NCBI RefSeq assembly: GCF_046119375.1
Contig: NW_027363028.1
Span: forward strand, 1,736,001 to 1,800,000
Reading direction: 5' to 3'
Origin: Phyllobates terribilis
Taxonomy: Eukaryota
Length of the DNA: 64,000 bases
Shown: piece after piece, positions 39,900 to 53,070 of the stretch
How positions within the stretch are numbered: position 1 is the stretch's first letter
Layout: each line of letters opens with the position of its first letter
Position numbers and translations under genes: made by a program
Notes under the pieces: generated by a model
Databases searched by the model: none
Told to the model about the DNA's origin: nothing
Seen by the model: the letters and a program-made list of their open reading frames with translations, nothing else

Positions 39900-40345
39900 C
39901 TCCCTCCCCCCAGATCCTAGTTTAAAAGCTCCTTCATCCATCTGACCATTTTTTCCCGCAGCACAGCTGCACCCTCCCCGTTAAGGTGCAGCCTGTCCCT
40001 ATCGTAGCGCCTGTAGCTGACAGAGAAGCTGGCCCAGTTTTCCATGAATCCAAACCCTTTCTTCCTGACACTTATTTAACTCTTTAAGATCCAGTTAACT
40101 TTCTAGTGATGATAGTGGAATCTGAAGTATTTCTGAAGATACTTCCTTGGAGGCCCTGTACTTCAGCTTCTCTCCTAATTCCCTGTAATCATTTTCAAAG
40201 ACCCTCCACCTCCCTCTAACTTTGTCATTGGTACCCATGCGTACCATGACTGCTGGATTTTCCCCAGCCCCACCCAATAATCTGTCTATCTGATCACATG
40301 AAGATCCCCAAATTAACTTAAGAGCTATCTTAAGGACCATAATCT
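39900..40345 (-). mobile_element. CR1 LINE ORF1 (SGNH esterase-like) fragment
   Basis: AVMVRMGTNDKVRGRWRVFENDYRELGEKLK, resembling the CR1 ORF1 GTND motif. Confidence 0.65.
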
Positions 40346-40479
40346 TTCCACTTAACGAGACAATGTGGACGGCACCTGACCCACATGGAACAAAGCACTC
40401 GCCCTACCTCATACTACTTACACCCTTCCAAATCCACCTCAATTATGTCTTGAGGCCCCATCAATTTTTTTTTTAAAAG

Positions 40480-41692
40480 AGAAGAATAGAAAGAATTATG
40501 ATTTTCCAGGCAATAGGAAGTTGCAACTTAACTTGCAGGATTTAAAATTTTTATAATTTTATAAGGACCTACAAATTTAGGCACAAACTTTCTAGATGTG
40601 ATCTTTAAGTGCAGATATTTTGAAGACAACCACACAAAATCTCCCTCCCTAAAGATAGAAGCCTTCCTACCTCTGTGGTTAGCACCACTTTTGGCCTGGT
40701 CACTAGCTACCAAAAGATCCCTTTTGACCTCCCTCCAGACCTTAATTAATTGGGGACAAAATCTCTCTTCCTCTGACATGGAGGATTGTAATTCTGAAAA
40801 ATTCCCAAACACTACAAACTACAGCAGCTAAAAAAAGCAAGGTCCCGGTAGTCTTAGAGGAATGGTTATTTAGAGCACACTTGGTATGGGACAGAAATTC
40901 CACCCGGTCTTCCTGATTAGAGGAGACAAAACATCCCTAATACTGCTCTATTTCCTGGTTCATCCTTTTCTGTTTGACTGTTAGTCTCGGGATGATACAC
41001 TAAGAGAAAAAACAGATTGATACCCAATCTGGAGCAAAAACTAAGCCAAAAACTAGCCAGAAATTTAACTCCTCAAACGAAAATTATGTTTTTGGGAACA
41101 CCATGAAATTTAACGATTTGAGAAATTAACAAAGTTGCTAAGATCCTAGCAGTTGACATGTTTTGAAGTGGGACCAAAAGAACAATTTTGCTAAAACGGT
41201 CTACCACCACCCACATGACAGTAATACCACCAGTTAAGCGAATCAGTGACAAAGTCCATAGACAAGTGGGTCCAGGTTTGTAATGGAACATCGTTAGGGA
41301 AGAGACAACTAGAGGCTTTAGCCCTGGCACAGACTTTCAGACTTTGCATTTTCAGACATACTCTTCAATATCCTTAAGAGCATTCTGCCACTAAAAAGAC
41401 CCAGAAAGTGATCTTGAAGAGGCAGAAGAACCCACATGGCCAGCGAAAAAGGAATCATGTACTTCATTAAGAAGATCTATGACTAAAGAGGGCAGTACAT
41501 AAAGCTTATTTATAGGTAAACCTTCCTGCGCACTGTCCTGAGCATCCTGAATGTGCTGCCTGAGATCTTCCCCACCCCTTCACTAAGAATCTTGACTTGA
41601 ATTTCGTGTTGACATTCGTAGAGCCGGGAAGATAAGTAATGGCAAAATCAAACCGGGCAAAAAATACAAGGCCCACCAAGCCCGTCTGGTGT
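40480..41692 (-). mobile_element. Ty3/Gypsy pol remnant (end of RNase H and integrase)
   Basis: LNTRRAWWAL, WVVVDRFSK and FREGDFVWLS...PKFVGPYKI. Continuous with 46083-46637 across the TTAA insertion. Confidence 0.78.
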
Positions 41693-41696
41693 TTAA

Positions 41697-44600
41697 GCCC
41701 TTAACAACAATTGACATACTAATACGCGTCTGTGCCCTGGGACTTAAGAGCCAGACCCGTATTAGTACGTCATGGCGATCGCACGCGCACACAGGCTGTG
41801 CGGGCGCGATCGCCGCCGGGTGTCAGCTGATTGTCACAGCTGACACCCGGTACTATGTGCAGGGAGCGGTCACGCACCGCTCCCAGCACATTAACCCCCG
41901 CGATGCTGCGATCGAAGTCGATCGCAGCATTGCGGAGGCCAGGGGAGGTGATCGCAGATACTCACCTCCTCTTCCGGCTTCCAGCGCTGTCTGCCGTGGC
42001 TTCCAGGATGTTGCCATGACGACCCGATGTCGTCATGACAACATCCGGGTCACCAGACAGCAGGAAGATTTTTTGGACATGCGCAGTGAACCTCCAAACA
42101 ATCTTCTCCCTGTCCAGCGCTGAAAGCCTGCATGGCACAGGGATGGTGCTGCATTCCTGTGCCATGCAGGCGATCAGAGAAAAAAAAGTCCCAGAGTGGG
42201 ACAAAGTAATAAAGTATAAAAACTATCAGAAAGTGAGAAAAAAAATATAAAAAAATATTGCAAAAATATAAAAAAAATAATCCACCAAAAATAAAAATAT
42301 AATGTACCCATCAATATATATTATTATTAAAAAAAAAAAAAAACAATAAAAGTACACATATTTGGTGTTGCCACATCCGGAACAACCTGACCTATAAAAC
42401 TGTCCCTCTAGTTAACCCCTTCAGTGAACACGGTAAAAATAAAAATAAAAAATGAAGCAAAAAGCAATGCTTTATCACCATACTGCCAAACAAAAAATGG
42501 AATAACACGCAATCAAAAAGACAAATATAAATAAAAATGGTACCGCTGAAAACGTCATCTCGTCCCACAAAAAACAAGCCGCCATACAGCTCCATCAGCC
42601 GAAAAATAAAAAAGTTATAGCTCTCAGAATAAAGCTATGCTAAAAAATAATTTTTTCTATAAAATTGCTTTTATTATGTAAAAGTGCAAAACATAGAAAA
42701 ACTATATAAATGTGGTACCGCTGTAAACGTACTGACCCGAAGAATAAACCTGCCTTATCAATTTTACCATACGCGGAACAGAATAAAAAAAAACAAAAAA
42801 AACAATTCCTGAATTGTTGTTTTTTGTTTATTCTGCCTTCCAGAAATCAGAATAGAAAGCGATCAAAAAATGTCACGTGCCTGAAAATGGCACCAATAAC
42901 AACGTCAACTCATCCCGCAAAAAACAAGCCGTCACATGACTGTCTGCCAAAATCTGGAAAAATTATAGCTCTCAAAATATGGCTATGCAAAAACTAGATT
43001 TTACAAAAAATGCGTCTTTTAGTGTGTGACAGCTGTCAGTCATAAAAACCCCATATGATTCTGGTATTGCTGTAATCACACCGACCAGAAGAATAAAGTC
43101 GTCTAATCACTTATACCGCATGAGGAACGGCGTAAAAAATAAACTCTCAGGTTAGGGTTGTGCTAGGGTTGGCCTAGAGTTAGGGCTGGGTTTGGGGTTA
43201 GGGTTGTGATGGGGTTGGGATTTTTTTCAAAAGTAAGAAAAAAAGATGACGATATGGCGACTAGTGTTGAGCGCAAGTGCTCGCTACTTGAGTTTGAATC
43301 GGGTGCTCTGGTATGCATTGAGTATCGTGGGTATTTGAGTGACATGCACGAGTCTCCGCCCCATATGCTTCGCGGCCAAAAAAACTTTGCGGGGATTGCC
43401 TGCCATGCACGAGCGATCCCCGCATGTTTTTTTTTGGGTGTCTAATAACCATGAAACATGCGGAGCAGGGACTCGAGCATGTCAATCGAGCACACGCTGT
43501 ACATGGTGCATACCTGAGTACCCAATGGAAACTCAAGTAGCGAGCACTTGCGCTCAAGACTAATGACAACTTATTCAATATGATGACCAAATGTTAGAAA
43601 ATTCTGTGTCGTACCTCTGGGTTCAAAATGTTCACTATACACCTTAATAAAATCCTTGAGGGGTATAGTTTCCAAAATGGGGTCACTTGTGGGGGAGTTC
43701 CACTGTTTAGGCACATCAGGGGCTCTCCAAACGCGACATGGTGTCCGCTAACAATTTGAGCTGACAATTTGTTAGCGGATACCATGTTGCATTTGGAGAG
43801 TCCCTGTGTGCCCAAACATTGGAGCTCCCCCACAAGTGACCCCATTTTGGAAACTATACCCCCCAAGGCACCTATCTAGATGCATAGTGAGCACTTGGAA
43901 CCCCCAGGTGCTTCACAAATTGATTAGTAAAAATGAAAAAGTGAAAAAAAAAACATTTTTCATTTTTATGAATCAATTTGTGAAGCACCTGAGGGTTCCA
44001 AGTGCTCACTATGCATCTAGATAGGTGCCTTGTGGGGTCTAGTTTTCAAAATGGGGTCACTTGTGGTGGAGCTCCAATGTTTGGGCACACAGGGGCTCTC
44101 CAAACGCAACATGGTGTCCGCTAACAATTTGAGCTGACAATTTGTTAGCGGATACCATGTTGCATTTGAAGAGTCCCTGTGTGCCCAAACATTGGAGCTC
44201 CCCCACAAGTGACCCCATTTTGGAAACTAGACCCCCCAAGTCACCTATTTAGATGCATAGTGAGCACGTGGAACCCCCAGGTGCTTCACAAATTGATTCA
44301 TAAAAATGAAAAAGTGTTTTTTTTTTTTTCACTTTTTCATTTTTACAAATCAATTTGTGAAGCACCAGGGGGTTCCAAGTGCTCACTATGCATCTAGATA
44401 GGTGCATTGGGGGGTCTAGTTTCCAAAATGGGGTCACTTGTGGGGGAGCTCCAATGTTTGGGCATACAGGGGCTCTCCAAACGCAACATGGTGTCCGCTA
44501 ACAATTTGAGCCGATTTTCCATTCAATTTGTTAGTGGACACCATGTCGCGTTTGGAGAGCCCCTGTGTGCCTAAACATTGGAGCTCCCCCACAAGTGACC

Positions 44601-46078
44601 ACATTTTGGAAACTAGACCCCCCAAGGCACCTATCTAGATGCATAGTGAGCACTTGGAACCCCCAGGTGCTTCACAAATTAATCCGTAAAAATGAAAAAG
44701 TGGAAAAAAAAACACTTTTTTATTTTTACGGATTAATTTGTGAAGCACCTGGGGGCTCCAAGTGCTCACTGTGCATCTAGATAGGTGCCTTGTGGGGTCT
44801 AGTTTCCAAAATGGGGTCACTTGTGGGGGAGCTCCAATGTTTAGGCGCACAGGGGCTCTCCAAACGCGACATGGTGTCCGCTAACAAATTGAGCCGACAA
44901 TTTGTTAGCGGATACCATGTTGCATTTGGAGAGTCCCTGTGTGCCCAAACATTGGAGCTCCCCCACAAGTGACCCCATTTTGGAAACTAGACCCCCCAAG
45001 TCACCTATCTAGATGCATAGTGAGCACTTGGAACCCCCAGGTGCTTCACAAATTGATTCATAAAAATGAAAAAGTGTTTTTTTTTTCACTTTTTCATTTT
45101 TACAAATCAATTTGTGAAGCACCTGGGGGTTCCAAGTGCGCACTATGCATCTAGATAGGTGCCTTGGGGGGTCTAGTTTCCAAAATGGGGTCACTTGTGG
45201 GGGAGCTCCAATGTTTGGGCACACAGGGTCTCTCCAAACGCAACATGGCGTCCGCTAATTATTCAAGCAAATTTTACAATCAAAAAGTCAAATGGCGCTC
45301 CTTCCGAGCCCTGCCGTGCGCCCAAACAGTGTTTTTTCCCCACATATGGGGTATCTGCGTGCCCAGGGGAAATTGCACAACAAATTTTGGGGTCTATTTT
45401 TTCTTGTTACCCCAGTGAAAATAAAAAAAATTGGGTCTAAAGTAACATTTTTGTGAAAAAAGTTAAATGTTCATTTTTTTCTTCCACATTCCAAAAATTC
45501 CTGTGAAGCACCTAAAGGGTTAATAAAGTTCTTGAATGTGGTTTTGAGCACCTTGAGGGGTGCAGTTTTTAGAATGGTGTCACTTTTTGGTATTTTCTGT
45601 CATAAAGACCTCTCAAAGTGACTTCAAATATGATGTGGTCCCTAAAAAAATGGTTTTGTAAATTTTGTTGGAAAAATGAGAAATCGCTGGTCAACTTTTA
45701 ACCCTTATAGCTCCCTAACAAAAGAAAATTTTGGTTCCAAAATTGTGCTGATGTAAAATAGACATGTGGGAAATGTTATTTATTAACTCTTTTGTGTGAC
45801 ATATCTCTCTGATTTAAGGGCATAAAAATTCCAATTTTGAAAATTGCAAAATCTTCAAAATTTTTGCCAAATTTCTGTTTTTTTCACAAATAAACGCAAA
45901 TGATATCGAAGAAATTTTACCACAATCATGAAGTACAATATGTCACGAAAAAACATTCTTAGAATCAGGGGGATCCGTTGAAGCGTTCCAGAGTAATTAC
46001 CTCATAAAGTGACAGTGGTCAGAATTGTAAAAATTGGCCTGGTCATTAACGTGCAAACCACCCTTGGGGGTTAAGGGG
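41697..46078 (+). mobile_element. Complete non-autonomous piggyBac-like element (about 4.4 kb)
   Basis: TTAA TSD at 41693-41696 and 46079-46082; termini GCCCTTAAC / GTTAAGGGG; no transposase ORF. Removing it restores Gypsy TDHKNLLYVDDAKCLNTRR. Confidence 0.85.
43640..45260. repeat. Array of nine alternating-orientation arms of about 150-185 bp (period about 375 bp)
   Basis: Palindrome centres alternate: GCTAACAATTTG...TTGTTAGCGG near 43760, 44130, 44515, 44895, and AAAAATGAAAAAG...TTTTTCATTTTT near 43945, 44320, 44705, 45075. Confidence 0.9.
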
Positions 46079-46082
46079 TTAA

Positions 46083-46637
46083 GCACTTAGCATCGTCAAC
46101 ATACAACAGGTTCTTATGATCGGTCAAGACAGTCACCTTATCTGCTGGACCTCAAATTGACATTTCTCCAGTTTTGCAAATAAATGGTTGTCACGTAGAG
46201 CCTGAAGAAACTCTCTGACATGCTCGTGATGCTCCTCCAGAGTATGTGAATAAATCAATATGTCATACAGGTAAATCACCACAAGTCTACCCACTAGTGA
46301 GCAAAAAATATTATGATATTTTAAAAGACTGAAGGTGCATTGGTTAACCCAAATGGCATCACCAAATTTTCAAAATGGCACTGAGGCGTAATGAATGCGG
46401 TCTTCCATTCGTCACCCTGATGTATGTGTATAAGGTTATATGCCCCTCTCAAGTCAAGTTTGGAAAACCATTTAGCTCCAGATAATTGCTTAAACAGGTC
46501 CGGTATAAGGGGTAAATGATAGGAATTGTGAGCCGTGATTTTATTAATCTCTCTAAAATCCAAGTACGGATGCAACTCTCCATCCTTTTTTTAACAAGAC
46601 AAACCCTCACGGCGAGGTGGATGGACGTATATGACAC
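46083..46637 (-). mobile_element. Ty3/Gypsy RT-RNase H remnant
   Basis: [10 protein letters not shown]...[11 protein letters not shown]...KTAFITP...[12 protein letters not shown] and TDHKNL. Confidence 0.85.
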
Positions 46638-46640
46638 TTA

Positions 46641-46840
46641 GGGCAGAGACACACAAGGCCATATAACTTGTGCGAGGATCGCATCGCACTGAATGGACTG
46701 GCCCGCACCTCTCCTGACCTGAACATGACAGCGTGATGTATTTCTATGTAGCTGTCAAGCTCAGGTCAGGAGAGGTGTCGGCCAGTACGAGATTTATGAT
46801 GTGATCCTCGCAGGAGAAGTACGGCCGTCTGTCTCTGCCC
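46641..46840. mobile_element. Harbinger-type MITE (200 bp)
   Basis: TIRs GGGCAGAGAC / GTCTCTGCCC with TTA/TCA flanks and an inner TCTCCTGACCTGA hairpin. Confidence 0.65.
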
Positions 46841-47194
46841 TCAGCCGGACTCTTCTGAATATAGTCTTTCAAGGCCTCCCTCCCTGGAAGGGGTTAAACA
46901 TACAATATTTCGGCCTTTTAGCTCCTGGTATGAAGTGGATAGCACAATCATATGCCGCCATATAGTAGACGTCGGGTAACTGGTGATAATCACCTCATGT
47001 GTCGTCTATTTGTCTCCAAGCAGGAAAATCCCACGTTACATTCCGCACATAAAACTGTAGAAAAGGTGGCGCGGGGTAATTGTGCCCGTAGTGAGGGGCA
47101 AATAATGCCGGAAATGTCACTGACTGCGGAGACGTCTCCATGTAGCGTCTTCACTCCGGATATCACTGTACAGGAGCTGCACAGTTCACACTGA

Positions 47195-47314
47195 GCATCC
47201 ACTGAGGCCCCTGATCATGTGACCCCTGACTCCTCCCTCCTGTGACCTCATCACAGGTCCTGTGCGCACAGAGCAGCCATATATGTTGTGGCGGCTCTGC
47301 AGGTGGAGGTATGT
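47195..47314 (+). promoter_or_regulatory. Candidate promoter and non-coding exon 1 module of zinc-finger copy C
   Basis: TCATGTGAC at 47215-47223 and donor GAG|GTATGT at 47308/47309. No upstream 30-bp minisatellite. Confidence 0.58.
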
Positions 47315-47719
47315 GGAGATCCCCCATTACCAGGCGCAGGGGGCATTAACCCCTTCAGCACGGAGACTCTTTTGGGGTCTCTGTGTGGTGTGAACAGTGA
47401 GGTAACAGCTGTGGACAGAATGCGGCTTCGCTGGTTCCCGTCCACATTAGATCCATTCAGACGACTGCAGGATGAAGGACCGAAGCCCAGAGAAGTCCTC
47501 ACGCAACGCCATTATCCATCTCCTAGCTCCAGCACAGTAATGTAGATACTGGTGATGACATTCGGGGGATTTGCAGCAATATGTGGCAGATACTTGCTGG
47601 ATCTTCTGCTTTCTGGACCGGTTCCACTTGTAAGTCTTATTAACCCTTTCACCCCAGAGACTGTTTCACCTTCCTTACAGGTCACTTTTTTCAATTCTGA
47701 CCAGTGTGTGAAGAATTAA

Positions 47720-48090
47720 AGCAATGGCAAAGGGAAAAAATTAAAATGTTACTTTTTCCCACAAAAATGTTACTTTACCCCAAAATTTTGCATTTTCAAA
47801 AGGGTAACAGGAGAAAGTGCATAATACAATATGTTGTGCAATTTTTCCTGAGTAAGCCAATATCCCATTTGTGGTAGAGAAACTACTGTTTGGATGTACG
47901 GCAGGGCTCAGAAGGGAAGGAGTCCACTTGACTTTTTGTATGTAAAAATGGCTGGAATCGAGAACGTACCCCATGTGCCTATACAGTGGCAACCCCCCAC
48001 AAGGGACACCATTTTTGAAGATAGACCCCTCAAGGAATTTATCTAGTTTTGTGGTGAGCACCTGGAACACACAGGTGCTTCACATAATGT
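47720..48090 (+). mobile_element. Fragment of the piggyBac-like family internal repeat unit
   Basis: Same CAGAAGGGAAGGAG...CCCCCCACAAG block as 5230-6370. Confidence 0.7.
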
Positions 48091-48519
48091 TATAATAAGC
48101 CGAAGACGAACAACTCCCATACAACAAACTATAATAATTATGTTATTGAACATATATTAAAAATACAACAATTAAAAACAAAACCAGAATTAAAAAAGGG
48201 AAATCTGCTGCAAATGAACAAGTAACAGGTAAAAAAGTTTTACTTATAGTTTATGCCAGATGTGAAAATACATATATAGATCCATATGGAGAAATATCTA
48301 ATAAACACTAACTATATGATTACTTCATACATATAAATATAAAGTGCATAGTGCATGTATGAGCACCACATATCTGTTAGTAGGGTCAGTTCATTTTTTA
48401 ATGTCTCCCCCGAGTGGGACCATATGGAATCTTATGAAGACTCCAGAAATAAAGATATTTGGTCTCATTCAAAATCCATCACGGCTAGTTGCTAAGGTTA
48501 TGCTACACAAATACAAAAT

Positions 48520-48895
48520 TATTATTATTATTATTTATATAGCTCCATTGATTCCATGGTGCTGTACATAAGGAGGGGTTACATACAAAATACAGATATC
48601 ACTTACAGTAAACAAACTAACAATGATAGACTGGTACAGGGGGAAGAGGACCCTGCCCTTGTGGGCTTACATTTTACTGGATGATGGGGAAGGAGACAGT
48701 AGGTTGGGGGATTGCAGTAGCTCCGGTGTTGTTGAGGTGGCAGCAAGCAAGGTCATGGCAGACTGTAAGCTTGTTTAAAGAGATGTATTTTCAGGTTCCA
48801 TCTGAAGGATAAAAGTGTGGTGGATAATCGGACGTGTTGAGGCACAGAATTTCATAGGATGAGGGATATTCGGACGAAATCTTGGAGGCGATTAA
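48520..48895 (-). mobile_element. L2-type LINE 3' end fragment
   Basis: (TTA)n tail followed by TATATAGCTCCATTGATTCCATGGTGCTGTACA, the reverse of the 3' end seen at about 35660-35700. Confidence 0.65.
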
Positions 48896-49246
48896 CCTCC
48901 ACCTCTAGAGCCGCCACCACATATATGGTTGGTAGAGACTAAATCCAAGTCGACAAAATACAACTAGTGCTGTGATAGGGTAACAAGAGGTACACAATGT
49001 ATTCAGGTATATTAATAACTCCTACAGAGCCATCTATAATTGTTTAGCACAGGCTTTTGCAGAGTCTTTGTACTACCAGTAACGTGGAAGCCCCATATAT
49101 TTCCATTGACAGAAGACGCACCTGAGCGGGGACTTGCATTTTTTGTAGATTGAATTGAAGCATTTTTTGAAAACATTTTACATAACATTTTCGATCACAT
49201 TTATCCTGCGCTCTACGCTGAGCACTTACATTGGGGTTTCCATCTA

Positions 49247-50661
49247 CAGTGGGGGAAATAATTATTTGATCCCTTGCTGTTTTTGCAAGTTTGCCCACTG
49301 ACAAAGACATGAACAGTCTATAATTTTAAGGGTAGGTTAATTTTAACATTAAGAAATGGAATATACAAAAAAATCAAGAAAATCACATTGTATAAATTAG
49401 ATATTTTTTTGCATTTGGCAGTGAGAAATAAGTATTTGATCCCTCTGGCAAACAACACTTAATACTTGGTGAAAAACCCTTGTTGGCAAGCACAGCAGTC
49501 AGACTTTGTTTGTAGTTGATGATGAGGTTTGCGCACATGTCAGGAGGAATTTTGGTCCACTCCTCTTTGCAGGTCATCTCTAAATCATTAAGATTTTGAG
49601 GCTGTTGCTTGGCAACTCAGAGCTTCAACTCCCTCCATAAGTTTTCTATGGGACATGAACCTATCTATCTTCCTTTCAGTAAGGTGAAGTCATCTTGTCC
49701 CCTTTGCAGAAAAGCACCCTCAAACTATAATGTTTCCCCCACCATGCTTCACGGTTGGGACGATGTTCTTAGGGTTTTACTCATTCTTCTTCTTCCTCCA
49801 AACATGGCGAGTTGAGTTAATGCCAAAGAACTCAATTTTTGTCTCATCTGACCATAGCACCTTATCCCAATAACTCACAGAATCATCCAGGTGTTCATTG
49901 ACAAAATTCAGACAAGCCTGCACATGTGCCTTGCTGAGCAGGGGGACCTTGAGGGCACTGCAGGATTTTAAACCTTTAAGGTGTAATCTGTTACAAATGG
50001 TTTTCTTGGTGACTGTAGTCCCAGGTGCCTTGAGATCATTAACAAGTTCCAGCTCATGTAGTGTATAGCCTGATCTCTCACCTTCCTCATGATCAAGGAT
50101 ACCCCACGAGGTGAGATTTTGCATGGTGCCCCAGATCGATGTCGATTGACAGTCATTTTGTATTTCTTACATTGTCTTACTATTGCACCAACAGTTGTCT
50201 CGTTCTCACCCAGCGTCTTACTTATGGTTTTGTAGCCCATTCCAGCTTTGTGCAGGTCTATAATCTTGTCCCTGACATCCTCAGAAAGCTCTTTGGTCTT
50301 GCCCATTTTGTAGAGGTTAGAGTCTGACTGATTAATTAAGTCTGTGGATAGTAGTCTTTTTCAGGTGACTATATAAGACAGCTGTCTTTAATGCAGGTAA
50401 TGAGTTGATTAGGAGCGTCTAACTGGTCTGTAGGAATCAGAACTCATAATGGTTTGTAGGAGATCAAATACTTATTTCTCACTGCAAAATGCAAATAAAT
50501 TTAGCTAATTTATACAATGTGATTTTCTTGGATTTTTTATGGATATTCTATCTCTCAATGTTAAAATTAACCTACCCTTAAAATTATAGACTGTTCATGT
50601 CTTTGTCAGTGGGCAAGCTTACAAAAACAGCAAGGGATCAAATAATTATTTCCCCCCACTG
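49247..50661 (-). mobile_element. Tc1 element with intact TIRs and a decayed, deleted transposase
   Basis: TA-flanked TIRs CAGTGGGGGAAATAATTATTTGATCCC; peptides [15 protein letters not shown]..., WSDETKIE and [10 protein letters not shown]. Confidence 0.88.
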
Positions 50662-50999
50662 TAAATCTCTGAGTGACATGATTCAGATAAAACCCATTCA
50701 CTATAATGAGGCAGCAGAGTTACTGTGGACTCCATCTCGTCTGTGTTTAGCGTTGTCTTTTTTTCAGAAGTACACAAAACTTTGGTCTATTGCGCTTTTA
50801 TGCACGCTTAAAAATATGGACACTGCCAAATCATAGGACAGACTTGAGTCCACAGTGTCTTAATCTGCCCTATTATAGGGAATCTTCCACCGGGGGTTCC
50901 ATCTGAATCACATATTTCAGAGATCTACACGGAAACCCTGATGTAAGCGCTCAGCGTAGAGTGCAGGATAAATGTGCGCCAAGCCTTATTGCGATCTTT

Positions 51000-51765
51000 G
51001 GGAGGAAGAATGAACAAATCAACAGCAGGTGAAGAATAGTTTTTATTTATTTTTTATGCCATTCCTCATGTGGTATAAATGATTAGACGACTTTATTCTA
51101 TGGGTCGGTGCGATTACAGCGATACCAGATTTATATTGTTTTTTATGTTTGGCTGCTGTCACACACTAAAAGATCCTTTTTTTTTTTAGAGCTATAATTT
51201 TTCATTATCTCTGCCTACAGAGTCATTTAAGGGCTTGCTTTTTGCAGGACGAGTTGATGTTTTTATTGGTACCATTTTCGGGCACATAACATTTTTTGAT
51301 CGCTTTCTATTCCGATTTTTGGGAGGCAGAATGAACAAAAACAAGCAATTGTTTGGATTTTTTTATCTTGTTCCGCGTGTGCTAAAAGGCAGCTTTATTC
51401 TTCTGTTCAGTATGATTACAGCGATACTACAATTATATCATTTTTATGTTTTGGCGCTTTTACACAATAATAACAATTTTATAGAAAATTAATCATTTTT
51501 GCATTGCTATATTTTGACAACTATATTTTTTTTCTTCTCTGCTGACGGAGCTGTATTACAGCTTGCTTTTTGCGTGACAAGATGATGTTTTTTGTGATAC
51601 AATTTTAATTTAAATTTAACTTTTTGATGGTGTTTTATTTCACTTTTTTGGCGGCTTCATGAAAAACCATAGTTTTTTGCCACCTTTTTTATTTTTTACA
51701 CTGTTCACTGAAGGGGTTAACTAGTGTGACAGTTTTATAGATCAGATCGTTCTGGATGCGGTATT
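51000..51765 (-). mobile_element. Fragment of the piggyBac-like family (AT-rich segment)
   Basis: GATTAGACGACTTTATTCT...ACTGAAGGGGTTAACTAG matches about 6855-7170 and the reverse of 42400-43130. Confidence 0.7.
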
Positions 51766-51789
51766 TGAGTACCAGGGGGTGACAGTACG

Positions 51790-53070
51790 AGAGACATAAA
51801 CAGTCCGTGATGAAAGCACTGGAATTCTGCCTGATCAAAAATTTATTTTTATTCAATAAGGAGTACTTCCACCAGCTCAGTGGCACCGCGATAGGCAGTC
51901 CGTGTGCACCATCGTATGCCAACCTGCTCCTGGGCTAGTGGGAGGAAACTATTGTTTTTGGTGACACTTCGCAGTGCCCTGAGGAGAGTATTATCATGTG
52001 GCTCCGCTACATTGATGATATCTTTGTCATCTGGAAGGGCACTGAGGAGACGTTCAAGGATTTTGTCAAGAAACTCAATGTCAACAATATTGGGTTACAT
52101 TTTATGTATGAGTTGAATTCATCTAGCCTGGCCTTTTTGGACATTAAAATTGAGATCAATTCCAAGGGTGAAATTATCACTAAGACCCTTAGGAAAGAAG
52201 CGGCCACAAATTCCCTCCTGAAGTGGGAGAGCAACCATCCGGCGCCCCTCAGGAGGGAAATCCCCAAGAGACAATATTTAAGAATGCACCAGAATTGCTC
52301 TACCTTGCGGTCCTTCAAGAAGCAGGCAGATGACCTCAAGATAAGGTTTAAAGACAGAGGTTACCCCGAAATAGCCTTGAGGGAGGCATACAACGAGGCC
52401 TTAAAAAACCCGATCAAAGTGAAACTACACGATTCGTCATGAGATATTGCAATAGAGAGGAGGAGATTAGATCAATCCTCCAAAGGAGCATTAAAGATGG
52501 ACACAGACATGGATAATGAGATCACACCTTACCCACAAATCACATACCGAAAAGGTAAATCTTTGAGGGATAGACTAGTGCGTAGCCAGTATCAGCTGAG
52601 AACCACCCCAACTTGGTTGGACAGAGGAATCAAAGGGTGTTTCACATGTGGGGTAAGATGTAAGATGTGTGAATCGATCCAGTCAGGCAGAGTTCAGAAG
52701 CAATGTTACTGGTATCAGGTACTCCATTCGGCACTTCATAAATTGTCGCACTAAGGGCATCATCTATAACGGCACATGTGAGTGTGTGGTGGCGTATGTT
52801 GAAAAACAAGAAGAGAATTTCGTAGGAAGGTGGGGAAACATATACGAGATATATGGAATAAAAGAGACACACTGGTCGCTAATCACATCAACCTACTGCA
52901 TCACGGGGATGTAAGGAAGATCCTATTTATGGGGGTCGAGAAAATTACATCTCCGGTGAAAGGAGGTAACTGGGATAGGTCGATTTTACAGAGGTAGACC
53001 CGTTGGATTTTCAACCTCAGAACGGTACACCCGAATGGCCTGAATAAGCAAATGTCCTTAACTCCTTTCT
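51790..53070 (+). mobile_element. Penelope-like element RT and GIY-YIG remnant
   Basis: FHQLSGTAIGSPCAPSYANL, WLRYIDDIFVIW, NCRTKGIIY..CEC...AYV, RWIFNLRTVHPNGLN. Confidence 0.85.

Noticed and set aside
43594-45440. Many similar 60-90-aa ORFs on both strands
   Set aside because: They are produced by the alternating inverted-repeat array and contain no recognisable domain.
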